Below, one piece after another: positions 1-12,888 of a stretch of 64,000 nt of DNA. Position numbers and translations under genes: made by a program. How positions within the stretch are numbered: position 1 is the stretch's first letter; every line of letters begins with the position of its first letter. Below the pieces are notes generated by a model. It was not told the origin of the DNA. It worked only from the letters and a program-made list of their open reading frames with translations, and did no database searches. This DNA is from the human T2T-CHM13v2.0 reference genome, Homo sapiens, in assembly GCF_009914755.1 (NCBI RefSeq), contig NC_060947.1; one strand, 5' to 3'.

Positions 1-417
1 TTTGTCACATGTATTACCACCACACACCTTATAAATCCCACAATAGAATATCATACGTATTTTTGCTTTAACCAGCCATATGTATTTTTAAAATATTAAC
101 TTTATATTTAAATTTACATTGACATACACATGTACCATTTCAAGTACACTTCATTCCTTCTTGAAGATTTCATTTCCTATCTGGTACCATTTTCCTTTAG
201 CCTGAAAACATCCTTTGGCATTTATACTAATAGTACAGTTCTATTGGTGATTAATTATCTTTGTTTTTGTTTGTCTGGAAATGTATGTATTTACTCTTCA
301 TTCTGATAGGATATTTTCTCTGGATACAGGCTTCTGTGTTGAATTTTTTTTCTCATTCAGTATACAAAATATTCAGTTTTCCATTTATTTCCTAGTATAA
401 ACTCACTGGTCAAAATT

Positions 418-474
418 TCTGTCTCTCTCTCTCTCACACACACGCGCATACACACACACATACACACACACACA
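418..474. repeat. (TC)n(CA)n compound microsatellite
   Basis: Seen directly: tctctctctctc-acacacacgcgcatacacacac... Confidence 0.9.
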
Positions 475-801
475 TCTGTTTTCAGCAATTTAATTACGAT
501 ATGCCAAATTGTGATTGCCATTGTATGTATTCTGCTTAGGTTTTGCTAAGATTCTTGAATTTGTAATTTTAAGTCTTTCATCAAATTAAAGAATTTTTTG
601 GCTATTTTTTCTTCAAATATTTTTGTTGACCCACTAATTATCATTTATCATTCTGAGATTTAAAATTACACATATATTAGACATTTTCATATTGTCACAC
701 AGATCAATGTTGTTTTTTTTTAAATTCTTTTTCTCTCTGTTATTCAGATTGGATAATTTATCAGTCTCTATCTTCAGATTTTCTAACTCTTTCTTCTGTG
801 A

Positions 802-1235
<434 letters not shown>

Positions 1236-2705
1236 TCTCCCATATTTCTTTACATCTTTGAACATAGTTACAATACTGGCTTTAAAATTCTTATCTGCTA
1301 ATTCGAATATCTGGTTGGTATATGTCGGGGTTAATACTCATGGGTTGCCTTTTCTCTTAAGTCACATTTTTACATGTCTAGAAATTGAAATTTATCTTGG
1401 ACATTTTGATTATACATCTGCATAGATTTTGGATTGCGTTATCATTTTTCAAAGAGTATTGATTTTCCCCGTGTGTTTTAGTAGTCAGTTATATTGTTTG
1501 AAATCAAGCTTTAAACTGCCTCACTTTCAGTGGTATGCAGCTTAAGTCTTTGTTCAATTCCTTCAGTCATAGCTAAGCTGCTAAAACCAACACCATACAT
1601 ACATAGTTAAGCCAAAACTTTGGGTAGAGTTGAATTCATGTTAAAAATTAATGAAACCATCTTTGTGCCTCTATTGCTGGAATTTTCTAATTTCTTGTGC
1701 ATCTTATGTGGTTAACCTGAACCCTATTCTCCAATTCTTCAAGACAATAAAACTACAGGCTTATATCCAAGTAGTAGCTGGTTCATGTATATGTAATATG
1801 TCCTGTCCTCAAGCTCAAAGCCATCAAAAAAAATCACTCAATGATGTTGCCATTCCCACCTTCCATGTATAAAGTCTTCTCCAGTATTTTCCTGCTTTTT
1901 TTCACTCTTCAGTGACTTCAAGTACTTTTTATAATATTTTGTCCAGGGTTTACAGTTATTATCTACAGAAGTATTGGTTCAATAGGAGCTAGTCCACTAT
2001 TATTAGAAGTAGGATCACCCCATAGACCAAATGATGTAATTCTTGTATAGTGTTTTAGTGCTGTTCATAGAGTCAGATTTCAAAAAATGAACCTATTATT
2101 ATTAAATGTGAAATAAATCTGGGTACTGCCTGCTTTCTCCAGTAATACTTCTGTCTGCCTAGCCCTTGAGTACAGGTCATGCTTCCAACACGAGAGCTGA
2201 CAGTCTAACAACATAAAGTACAATATATAACTGATCCAAAATGATGATTTTTCAATAAAACTTAGCAATATTCTCTCAAGATTCTCCTTCATCGCATTTA
2301 AGCCAGCTAGTAGAACAATTCAGCAGTATATATATATAATTCAGTTTATAGATACTTTGCAAAAAAAAGATTACTGCAATGTTTAGTTGAGTTGTATTTC
2401 CTAAGTGATTTACCTGTTCAAACAAAACTTAATGGTTGTTCTACACAATAGTGATATATCGTGAATTTTGTGAATTAAACATTTTATTTTGTTTATTTGC
2501 ATGCAGTTGTAATAAATAATACAGAGAGATCTTTCGTATCATTTATCCAGTTTTCTGATACCTTGCAAAACTATAATACATATTGCAACTAAGATGATGG
2601 CATGGATGCAGACAAAACACAGAGCAGTTTCTAACCCAATGGAACCCCTATTACATCCAAATACACCCCACTCTTATTCCTAACTTCTGGAAACCACTAA
2701 TCTGC

Positions 2706-2706
2706 A

Positions 2707-2757
<51 letters not shown>

Positions 2758-2830
2758 CGTATATATATGTGTGTGTGTATATATGCATATATATATATAC
2801 ACAGAGAGAGAGAGAAAGAGAGAGGGAGAG
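2706..2830. repeat. Compound (CT)n(GT)n(AT)n(AG)n microsatellite at an Alu tail
   Basis: Seen directly; abuts the antisense Alu 3' end. Confidence 0.9.
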
Positions 2831-3112
2831 ATGGAGTCCTGCTCTCTGTCACCCAGGCTGAAGTGCAGTGGCATGATCTCATCTCACTGCAACCTCTGCC
2901 TCCTGGTTTCAGGCAATTCTCCTGTCTCAGCCTCCTGAGTAGCTGAGATTACAGGTGTGCACCACCACACCAAGCTAATTTTTGTGCTTTTCGTAGAGAC
3001 AGGTTTTCACCATGTTGTCCAGTCTGGTCTTGAACTCCTGACCTCAAGAGATCCACCCTCCTTGGCCTCCCAAATTGCTGAGGGTTACAGGCATAAGCCA
3101 CCACGCTCGACC
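2828..3112 (-). mobile_element. AluS-type element
   Basis: gagatggagtcctgctctctgtcacccaggctg...gccaccacgctcgacc; CpG-decayed. Confidence 0.93.
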
Positions 3113-3623
3113 ATTTGTATAATTTTGTATTTTTTTTTAAATTTCAACTTTTGGGAGAACATATTCATTAAAATGCATCTCACAAAGACCTATTATCTAG
3201 AATCTACAGGGAACTTAAAAAGCAGAAGACAACCCCATTAAAAATGGGTAAAATACATGAATTTTGTCTTTTCAGTAATGCTATATAGAAAGAATCATGT
3301 AATATGTAACCTATTGGAAATGTTCTTTTTCTCTCAGCACAATTTCTTTGAGGTTCACCCAAGTTGTTCTGTGTATCAATAGTTCATTATTTTTATTGCT
3401 GAGTGATAATACATGGTATGGATATATGACAGTTTGTTTAACCACTCTCCTGTTGAAGTATATCTGTGTTGTTTCTACTTTTTGGCAATTAAAAATAAAG
3501 CTGCTAGGAATATTTATGTATAGGTTTTTGTATTAAAATAAGTTTTAATTTATGTGGAAAAAATGCAAAGTTCAGTGCCAGGTAATATGGTGGTCACATA
3601 TTTAGTTTTATAAGAAACTGTCA

Positions 3624-3984
<361 letters not shown>

Positions 3985-5014
3985 TTACATTGTCACCAGA
4001 TATGGGTGATCTGCTTTTACGACATTATCTTCAACACTTTGTGTTGTTACTATTTCTTATTGAAGCCATTTTGATAAGTGTGTAGTCATCTCATTGTGAT
4101 TGAAATTTGTTTTTGTTCAGTGGCTACTGATGCGGAACATCTTTTCACATGCTTACTTGACATTTTAAAATTAATTTTGGTAAAATGTCTCTTGGTGTCC
4201 TTTGTGCATTTTTAATTGGATTGTTTAGTTTAATATTGTTGAGTTCTCTAAATAGTCTAGATCTTAGTCTTTCCTTGGATATGTGGTTTGCAAATATTCT
4301 GACTTTAGCTTGTCCTTTCATCCGTTTTATAGATTCTTTTACCCAAGCAAAGTTTTAAATTTTGACCAAGTCCAATTCATCAAATTTTCATTTGATGGAT
4401 CGTGCTTTTGATGTCAAGTCTAAAAACACTTTGTTTGTAGACTGTTATTAACAAAACCTGTTATTCTATTCTATTTGTTTGTAGACTTTCTGTTATTGTA
4501 GACATTCTGTTATTTCTAAGATTTTCTGTTATTTCTAATACTCATTTTTCTGCATTTTATATTTAAGTCTGTGATCCATTCTGAGTTACTGTGTGTATAA
4601 AGTGTGAGATTTAAGTCAACGTTCATTTTTCTGGCTATAGATGTACATTTGCTCTGGTACTATTTGTTGAAAGGACTATCTCTTTTCTATTAAACTGCTT
4701 TTGCAACTTTGTCAAATATCATTCAAGCATGTACATGTGGGCCTACTTTTGGGTTCTCTATTTTGTTTCATTGATCTATTTATCTCTCTCTATGCTAACA
4801 TTACACAGTCTTGATTAATCTAGTTATATAAAAGGCCTTACTAATAGGTATCAGGTAGATTTCTCCAACCGTATTCTCATTTTTCAAGATTGTTTTAGGT
4901 ATTTTAGGGCCTATGCCTTTCCTTATAAATTACAGAAGAAGCTTGTCTATGTATACAAAAATTTTTGCAGGAGTTGATGAGAATTTCATTAAATTTGTGT
5001 ATCAAATACTTGTG

Positions 5015-5180
5015 TGTGTATATATATAGATATATTATATATATATATATAACTCCTAAATAAATATATACTTCAAATATGTATATTCTAAATATGAATG
5101 TCTTAAATATATATATTAATTATATATAGACACAAATATTTACTAAATATGTACATGTATACACATATATACTCATATGT
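5015..5180. repeat. AT-rich low-complexity (TA)n region
   Basis: Seen directly. Confidence 0.8.
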
Positions 5181-5199
5181 ATCAATTTGTGTTGCTTAA

Positions 5200-5960
5200 T
5201 GTTGCTATGCAGCAAATCTTAACATTTTACCCTCATATCTCACTGTGCAGCCTTCTTCTCTTTCTCAGTTTTAACTCTTTCTCAGTGTATGTGTACCACA
5301 TACACGAGGCTATCATAAAGGATAATACCTTCCATAGTATTCTTTTTGTACACACTCTCTTGTGACTAAACAAATTAGTCTACTTAGTGTTATGATTTTT
5401 ATATTTAGATTCATGTTGATTTATTTCTAGTTCATTTATTTTTATTTTTGAGTAGTATTTTATTGTAGAATTATATCAAAACCTGTTTTTCTATTCTCAT
5501 ATTGATAAAAATCTGTTTTTTGTTCTGGTTTCATTTTACTACAAACAGTTCTAAAACTAATATTTTGTACATGTCTTCTCATGTGTCTATGTGAGTTTTT
5601 CATGGTCTTATATTTAGGAGTGGAAATCTCGACCATTGGGTATATACATCTGCAACTTTATTAGATGTTGCCAAAATTATTTATTGATGTAAACTCCCAC
5701 TTTCAGTGAGAGTAAATTTCTGCTCCATAACTTTACATCCTAGCCAATATCAATATCTTAAGATACTTTAATTTGTGCCAGCTTGATGAATATAAAATTA
5801 TATTTGTTAATTTCATTTGCATTATTTCATTATGTGTGATTCTGAGCATGTTTTCACATGTTTATTGGACAATCAGCTTTTCTCTTCTGTGGATTTTCTG
5901 TCAACATTCGTTACCCATTTACACATGGTTTGTTGGCTAAATGTAACATATTTTTTGCAA
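5200..5960 (-). mobile_element. Ancient L1ME-type 3' fragment
   Basis: Degenerate antisense L1 3' motifs (aggagtggaaatctcgaccattgggtatatacatctgcaactttattagatgttgccaaa; gagcatgttttcacatgtttattggac). Confidence 0.55.
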
Positions 5961-6940
5961 AGAATTTGCAAATAGTGCAAATTTTCTATACCAAAAGCTG
6001 TGTGTGAGTGTGTGTGTGTATACAGAGAGAGAGAGAGCAGTTTTGTGAGAATAAAGTTAACACAAAACAAAGTTTGATACAATTTTTTGTAAAACTTTGT
6101 TTTCTAATATAAAATTATCTAAGCACTGATTGCAGTTTGAAAAAGCAGGAACAAAAGGTACTTTTCTCATATTTTGGACTGTAAGACACTAGCATTTTTT
6201 TCTCCTTGGACAGTACAAATAGTGTACTTTTCTACATTGCCTTGTTACTTTGTTTTGATCTTTCTGAACTTGCATTCATGCTTATGAGCTTACTTAGAAG
6301 CGATAAATATGTCATTTATAGGAACTATTAACTCTAGGAAGAACACTTTATTCACCTTTTTAGATGAGAGAACTGTAACTGTCTTTAGCTGTTATAACTC
6401 ATAACCACCCTTCCAATGATCCCACTAGTTAAAATACCATTAGTTAACAATTTACTTAGTATTGAATGTTATGATTTTCTTGGTTTTTTGGAACAATCCA
6501 TGAGACATAAGCGCATATCCAAAGTACTCTTTCCAACAATAAAATCCTCTTAAATAATAGTTTAACAATAATAAATTGTATTTTTATCCTACTTACTTCT
6601 AGATGGCTATACATACCTTATATGTTAAATTGCCTTTCTTCACAACATCTCGAAATCTAGAGGAAAGGCATATTGTTCTGTACTTTTCTATAAAACGAAA
6701 ACCTGAGGCACAAGATGATTTTTTATAATTTTTCTCACACAAGAAGTCAGTAAGAAAACTGAGAATAAGATCAGTGCAAAGATTTCCCTCTAGAAAACCA
6801 CGTGGCTTCCAATTTACATTGTTGTTTATTCCAGAAATGTTCATGAAGCCAGATCCCATGATAAACATAGGGCATTCTTTTCAAATAGAATTTTACTTAA
6901 AGCATCTCACCTGTAAGCTATAAGTGTTTCATGCAGCTCA

Positions 6941-7050
6941 TCATTTCAAATCCACCCAACTGACTGAACGGACCACTTCCTGGCCAAGGGGACCCCAGAG
7001 TAACCTTACGAATTGCATGCTTGCCCATGATGGGATGGGGGGTCAGGCGC
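6941..7050 (+). mobile_element. Short ERV1-class LTR fragment (MER39/MER34-like)
   Basis: ctggccaaggggaccccagagtaacctta...ccatgatgggatggggggtcag resembles MER39-family LTR from memory. Confidence 0.45.
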
Positions 7051-7140
7051 ATATGTTGAATCAAACTTGCATCTCAGCAATGAAGCCTACTTGATTGTGG
7101 TTGATTAGCTTTTTAATGTGCTGATTGATTAGGTTTTCTA
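7051..7140 (-). mobile_element. Short L1 ORF2 (RT region) fragment
   Basis: atatgttgaatcaaacttgcatctcagcaatgaagcctacttgattgtggttgattagcttttt aligns with the L1 at 50030-50100 in this window. Confidence 0.7.
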
Positions 7141-7756
7141 TAGAAAATGTATTTAGTTATGGTGGCTAACATTAAAAGATATTTTTAACTTCGTGTAATT
7201 CAAGCCAGTGACCATGTCTATATTTACAATCAACTTTACACTGCTGAGGGCCAAGATAATTTTTAAAAACTCTTTTTAGGGTAAAATCTTGATCCTTAGA
7301 ACACTAAAACCAGTTCTGTTTAATTGAAATACAGAGAAAGTTTAACTGAAGGTAATCAGTTTGTGGAATAACTGATATATTTTTTTTCTTGTAAATTGCT
7401 ACTACAGCATAAAGACAGAGATAAAGGTTTCTTTATAAAGTAAGATCTTGTAGGATGCTAGAGATTTGGAACTAAAATATTAATGAGAGTATGGCTTAAA
7501 AGAAAGATTTTAAAATTACCTACACAGAGATTACCACTGAAATTTGGGAGTAAATAAACTTTATATGATAGTTAATAATAAAGAAGTAAAAGCAGTGAGA
7601 CAAGGCTGAAACCTGAAATCTGGACGTATATATATTTCTAGGTGAAGAGGAGAGAATGATGGATATCAAGGCACAGACAGGAGAAAAAGAGTGCATATTA
7701 TTAAGAACCAAGAGAAGACTGTTCCAGGAAAGATGAGGTGGTCAAGAGTACAAAAG

Positions 7757-7865
7757 GTAAGCTCTTGTGGGCAAGAACAGTGTAATCATATTTGCATCGT
7801 CAGAGCCCAGCACGTAGTAGGCACTCAATAAGCCTTTGTTGGATGGATTAATGAATGAATGAGTA
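7757..7865 (+). mobile_element. L2 3' end
   Basis: gtaagctc...gcacgtagtaggcactcaataa...gaatgaatga, the typical L2 terminus. Confidence 0.75.
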
Positions 7866-7941
7866 AAAAAAAAATCAAGGAAATTAAAAATTAGAAGAAA
7901 GAATTCTATTCAACTAAGACCACATGTTGGCTACTTTAAAA

Positions 7942-8103
7942 CACTATTTCTTAAAATGTCTGTGGGCCACTTTCAAAGGGTGCCCTAAGTGATTATTGAA
8001 CAAATGGGTTTCTGGACCCTTCCTTAAAACTGCTAATCAGAATCTGCCCATTTAATAAGTAAAAAATATAAAGTGATAGCTCACTGAACTTTGAGAACAG
8101 TTG
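7942..8103. mobile_element. MER5-like hAT-Charlie MITE
   Basis: ctgctaatcagaatctg...cactgaactttgagaacagttg motifs. Confidence 0.5.
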
Positions 8104-8287
8104 CACGAGAGTGAATGGTTTCAATATAGAAAAGGGGATAGCCGTCATGTTCCATAGGAAAGAAGGGAGGAATAAATGAGGAAGGTTTGTAAAATGCTAC
8201 TGCAGAATGCTCAAATTAACTATGGAATGGAGTAAAAAAGGGATTAAAATTAAGTGATAATCTTTCAAACTTGCGTTAGCCTTCAGG

Positions 8288-9872
8288 AATTGTCTTCAAA
8301 CATTTTGCTCCACACATCCTCTACAAAAAAATTTGAAAAATTATGTAGAGTCTGATACAATATGAAGCTCACATTTGAAATATTACATCATAATTTTAAA
8401 GTGTCAAAAAATGCACTTTCTATCATACTTTAAACGTTAGTATTTCAAAATAAATTTTTAAATTACTTTTTCAAACATATTCAATGGAATCTATATATTG
8501 TAGTGATTTAATACCTTTATAATTCAATAATACATGAAATTTTTTTCTTTAGGAGCAGAAATTTCAAATAGTTCCTTTTCTCCTCGAATCCACATTTTCA
8601 TTTAAGTTTCCTAAGATAATTATTTCGTAACACATTTTTACTTGAAAGTATTTTGTTGATTACCTTATCATATTTTTACAACAAATACATAAATTTTAGT
8701 TTTTAAATTTTTTGACTCTAAATATAATTTTTATTGAGGAAGAATAAGACAGGAGTCAGCATCAGTTAATTTATTTTTGTTTGTTTTTACAGACATGAGT
8801 GTTGAAAATGTTTGTTTACCTAAATAAGTGGATGTAAATGGAAGGAGTTTTATTATAGCAATGTTATTCCATTCTTTGATCTCTTTTTGCTGGGGTGATT
8901 TGAGCCATGAGTCAACATTAATGTTTTTTACCTATTTCAAAATTTTGTAATGATTTTTGATGCAGTGATTTAGGACAGACTTGTTTTAAAGTTGTGTGCT
9001 TAGCATACAACCTTTCAAAATTAGATATTACTTTTATTTTGACCATTTTAGTGCTGGATAATGCGTCTCATGCCAAGTGAAATAGTTCCAGTTAAGCACA
9101 TGAAAGGTTGTTGATGTGTAGCTTTTAATACACAGATGTCTATGGCTATGTAATTTTTCTTTCAGTTGTATAATCAGATAATTATGGGAAAGAAATAAAA
9201 CAAAGTATTCCCAAGTAATTTTCAATAATGTTAACTACCATAGTGTCCTAGTAGCTGACTAACTTAATTTGCTACACAAGGTTTTGCTAAAATACAATAT
9301 CGAGAGAGCTCATGGCTTTTACATTGCCCTAAATATTCAACTGGTTTGTAGGCTTATTCCCCAACCTGTATAATCAGTAATTATTTAGATGGCACTTTAG
9401 TCCCATAGCTATTTTGCATTTTTCTTTTATTTTACAATTCTGGCATTCATTGATAAAGTAAATTTATATGATAATAATTTATATGATAATCATTGTGATG
9501 GTTAATACTGAGTGTCAACTTGATTGGATCGAAGGATGCAAAGTATTGATCCTGGGTGTGTCTGTGAGGATGTTGCCAAAAGAGATTAACATTTGAGTCA
9601 GTGGGCTGGGGAAGGCAGACCCACCCTTAGTCTGGTGGGCACAATCTAATCAGCTGCCAGCGAATATAAAGCAGGCAGAAAAATGTGAAAAGGTGAGACT
9701 GGCCTAGTCTTACAGCCTACATCTTTTTCCCATGCTGGATGCTTCCTGCCCTCAAACATCGGACTCCAAGTTCTTCAGTTTTGAGACTTGGACTGGCTGT
9801 CTTTGCTCCTCAAGCTTGCAGACAGCCTATTGTGGGACCTTGTGATCATGTAAGTTAATACTTAATTAACTT

Positions 9873-9915
<43 letters not shown>

Positions 9916-10900
9916 GTCCACATATATGTATATAATTAACTTCCACATATATATGGAAGTTAATTATATATATAACTAATATATACAATAATATACAATT
10001 AATATATATTAATTATACATAGTATTATATATATTATATATTATATTGTATATTAAAATATACAATTGATTATATAATGTGTATATCCTATTAGTTCAAT
10101 ACTTAATTAACTTCCTGTATATGGAAGTTAATTATATATATAACTTATATATATAATAATATACAAATAATGTATATTATATATATTATATCATTTGTAT
10201 ATTATTATATACAATTGATTATATATATATTATATATATATATATATATCCTATTCTGTTCCTCTAGGGAACCCTAATACAAGAATTCCACTTAGAATTT
10301 GTTATGCATTAAATCTACATAGATTAAATATTACCAGGTGCAAAGTAGATAATAAGGCAAAGGGAAGGAAATTATTAATAAGACATAGTTTCTATCCTTA
10401 CAGACATTTTCCTCATTTTTGTTTGAATATGCTTAAATCTTTCTTTTGTAATCAGAAATGTAAAAGGAATCTTCATGTTTCATAAAAATACTATTCTTTT
10501 TATTTTTTTCTAGGAGACCTAAAACTTTCTTAGTCATTCTATGATTCCTTGTTTAAGATCCAGGAAAATGACCATATTCAGCATACACTTAAAAAGCACA
10601 TTCTTGGCACATTCTTGGCAAATTCTTACAGAAAATTGTGCTATCAAAGGTTAGATTCTGACAGATATTAGTTAATCTTCATCTTATGGTAAAAGGTACA
10701 CAGGCAAATCCCCAATTATATCTAAATCATAACAAGCTCAAAGAACATGTTAGAAAAATAAGGTTATAGACTCCTGATATATGAAAAAGTATTATTTAGA
10801 GTTACTTAAATGGATAATTTAGTACTTCTTGCTCCTACCACATGTTATTTACATTTCTGTTACAACATTTTATTTATTCTGCCTGATATTTACAGTTTGT
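8288..10900. mobile_element. Degenerate Charlie-family (Charlie2-like) DNA transposon, split by the MLT2A LTR
   Basis: tcttcaaacattttgctcc...aatttgaaaaattatgta...caatggaatcta resembles the Charlie2 end from memory. Extent uncertain. Confidence 0.35.
9494..10281 (+). mobile_element. MLT2A (MLT2A2-like) solo LTR, ERVL, with expanded TA-rich segment
   Basis: Starts TGTGATGGTTAATACTGAGTGTCAACTTGATTGG and ends ...gaaccctaataCA; TATAAA at 9665-9670. Confidence 0.9.
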
Positions 10901-10909
10901 TTCCTCTAT

Positions 10910-11381
10910 ATGTACACACACACACACACACACCACACACACACACAGATTTATTATAAGGAATTAGATGACATGATTATGGAGCCTGACAAGTCCCAAG
11001 ATCTGCAGTTGGCAAGCTGGAGACTGAGGAGAGCCAATGGTGTATTTCCAGCGCAAATGCTGGCAGACTTGAAATCCAGGAAGAAGCAGTGTTTCAGTTA
11101 AAGTCTAAAGGCAGGAAGAAATCCCATGTTCCAGATAGAAGGCAGTGAGGCAAGAGTAATTCTCTCTTATTGAGGGAAAGGTCAGCCTTCTGTTGTATTT
11201 AGGCCTTCAACTGATTGGATGAGCCCCACCCAATTAGAGAGGAGAATATGCTTTACTCAGTCTATCAATTTAAATGTTAAACTCATCCAAAAAAAAAATA
11301 CCCTCACAGAAACATCGAGACTAGCCAAATATCTGGGCATCCCATAGCTCAGTCAGGTTGATGCATAAATTAACTATCACA
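10910..11381 (-). mobile_element. MLT2B/C-type LTR (ERVL) with internal (CA)n
   Basis: gatttattataaggaatt...aagtcccaagatctgcagttggcaagctggagac...aaattaactatcaca. Confidence 0.8.
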
Positions 11382-11549
11382 CCTACAAAAACAAGAGGGG
11401 AAAGGGAGAGGTATAATTGAATTTAAAGAAAACCACAGATAAAATGCCTATCAAAACTTAGATTCATTTTATTCTCTCTTCAGTTGTTTTTAAATCCATC
11501 ACATCTGAGTGCTTTTGAAAACATAGAAATCTGTCTAGACTCCGTATAA

Positions 11550-11665
11550 TATATATGAAGAAATTGAGATGCAAAAAAGTAAAGTGACTTGTCCAAGGTC
11601 ACACAGTTCATTAACCATAAAGTCAAACTAAAAGCAAAATCTTACAACTTCAGTGTTCTTTCTAG
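11550..11665 (-). mobile_element. MIR core fragment
   Basis: gaagaaattgagatgc...aagtgacttgtccaaggtcacacag. Confidence 0.75.
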
Positions 11666-12299
11666 TCATACACCAGTATAATTTCCCCTTTATCACCTGT
11701 ATGCATGATATGAGAACTGGATAAAGTACAAACTGAATTTCAAAATGTCAATGATAAATGCATTCTTGATACATGACTGTCTTTTGTAAACATGTCCATC
11801 TGTACAAAGTAGTGATTATGATTCAGATCTCAAAGTACTTTGGGCACAGTTATTCCTGAACAGTGTGATGATTTGGAATTAATTCAAAACATACTCTGTT
11901 CATCCTCTCATAAGGGTTTTTGAACAAAGAAAATAAACCTTTAACACTGCCTGTGAAAGTAAAAGGCATGATAAGAAGGTTTGTATCCAGGCATGGAGCC
12001 AGAATGAACTATTCATTTTCAAGCTGTGGTAACTGAGAGAAGACATCTCTTTTAACCTAACTAGCTTGGAAAAGCACTGCTTTCTTCCTCCATATGTAGA
12101 CTAAAAATACCATTTCTACATTCCCAAATGGCGTGTTTGTGTGAGTGGTCATGGGTAACCAATACTTTCTTACATGTTTCTAAAATCTGTCAAGTTTTCA
12201 GGTAAATATTCATATAGAGACTTTCACATTTTCAGATTAATTTTGTAAAAACTAATTACGAACCCGCATGAGGGTACTGATGCTTTCCCTTAATGAACC

Positions 12300-12888
12300 A
12301 TTTTCAAAGTTTCCATAAAAGGAATCTCAAAATAGATTATAATGAATTCCTCTGTCGCATATTATCATGGAACAAAGTGGCACATTTTTAGAAGTGGGCT
12401 ACTGAGAAATGAATCTAGCAGGGGAGGCGTGAGTAGAAGGAATCTAGAAGAAAATAAGTTTAAACACTTCGCTTTGGCTCACTTGCCTGGGTTTCAGCTG
12501 CAGCTACTGTACTTTGATACTGAAGAAGCAGGGCTAGATATTTGCAAGTCCAAGCAGGAGGGCTGCAAGCCTGCAAATCTAACAGCTGGAGAGTGTTGTG
12601 GTGGCTGCTTTCCTGTGGTAAGCTGATTTACTTGTTTAAGGTCTGACCTCATCATCCTGTCAGCATGGGTTCCCACCTACACTGTTAGCTGCAGCCTTCT
12701 GCTTCTGCTAGAAGGCTACAAGTATTCACAGTGTATCATAGGCAGTGGGGGAGGGGAGAGAAAGCAAGAAAGACTGCTCTCGGCACTTGTGCTTTTGTTA
12801 GTTCTACAGAAGAGGCAGAAAAACAAGAGATAACAAAGGCTCCGTTTCCTTTCTGTGAGAGAAGGCTTTTGTCTTTCCTCCTGCTACG
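12300..12888 (+). promoter_or_regulatory. KLHL4: Putative KLHL4 proximal promoter and 5' UTR (no CpG island)
   Basis: Unique, GC-elevated but CpG-poor sequence directly upstream of the ATG; GGGGAGGGG box near 12747 and CAGCTG E-boxes at ~12496 and ~12583. TSS cannot be determined from sequence. Confidence 0.55.

Noticed and set aside
10596-10628. Small tandem duplications (cacattcttgg 2-3 times; also 9461-9490, 54830-54903, 62236-62261)
   Set aside because: Common slippage-type events with no further structure.
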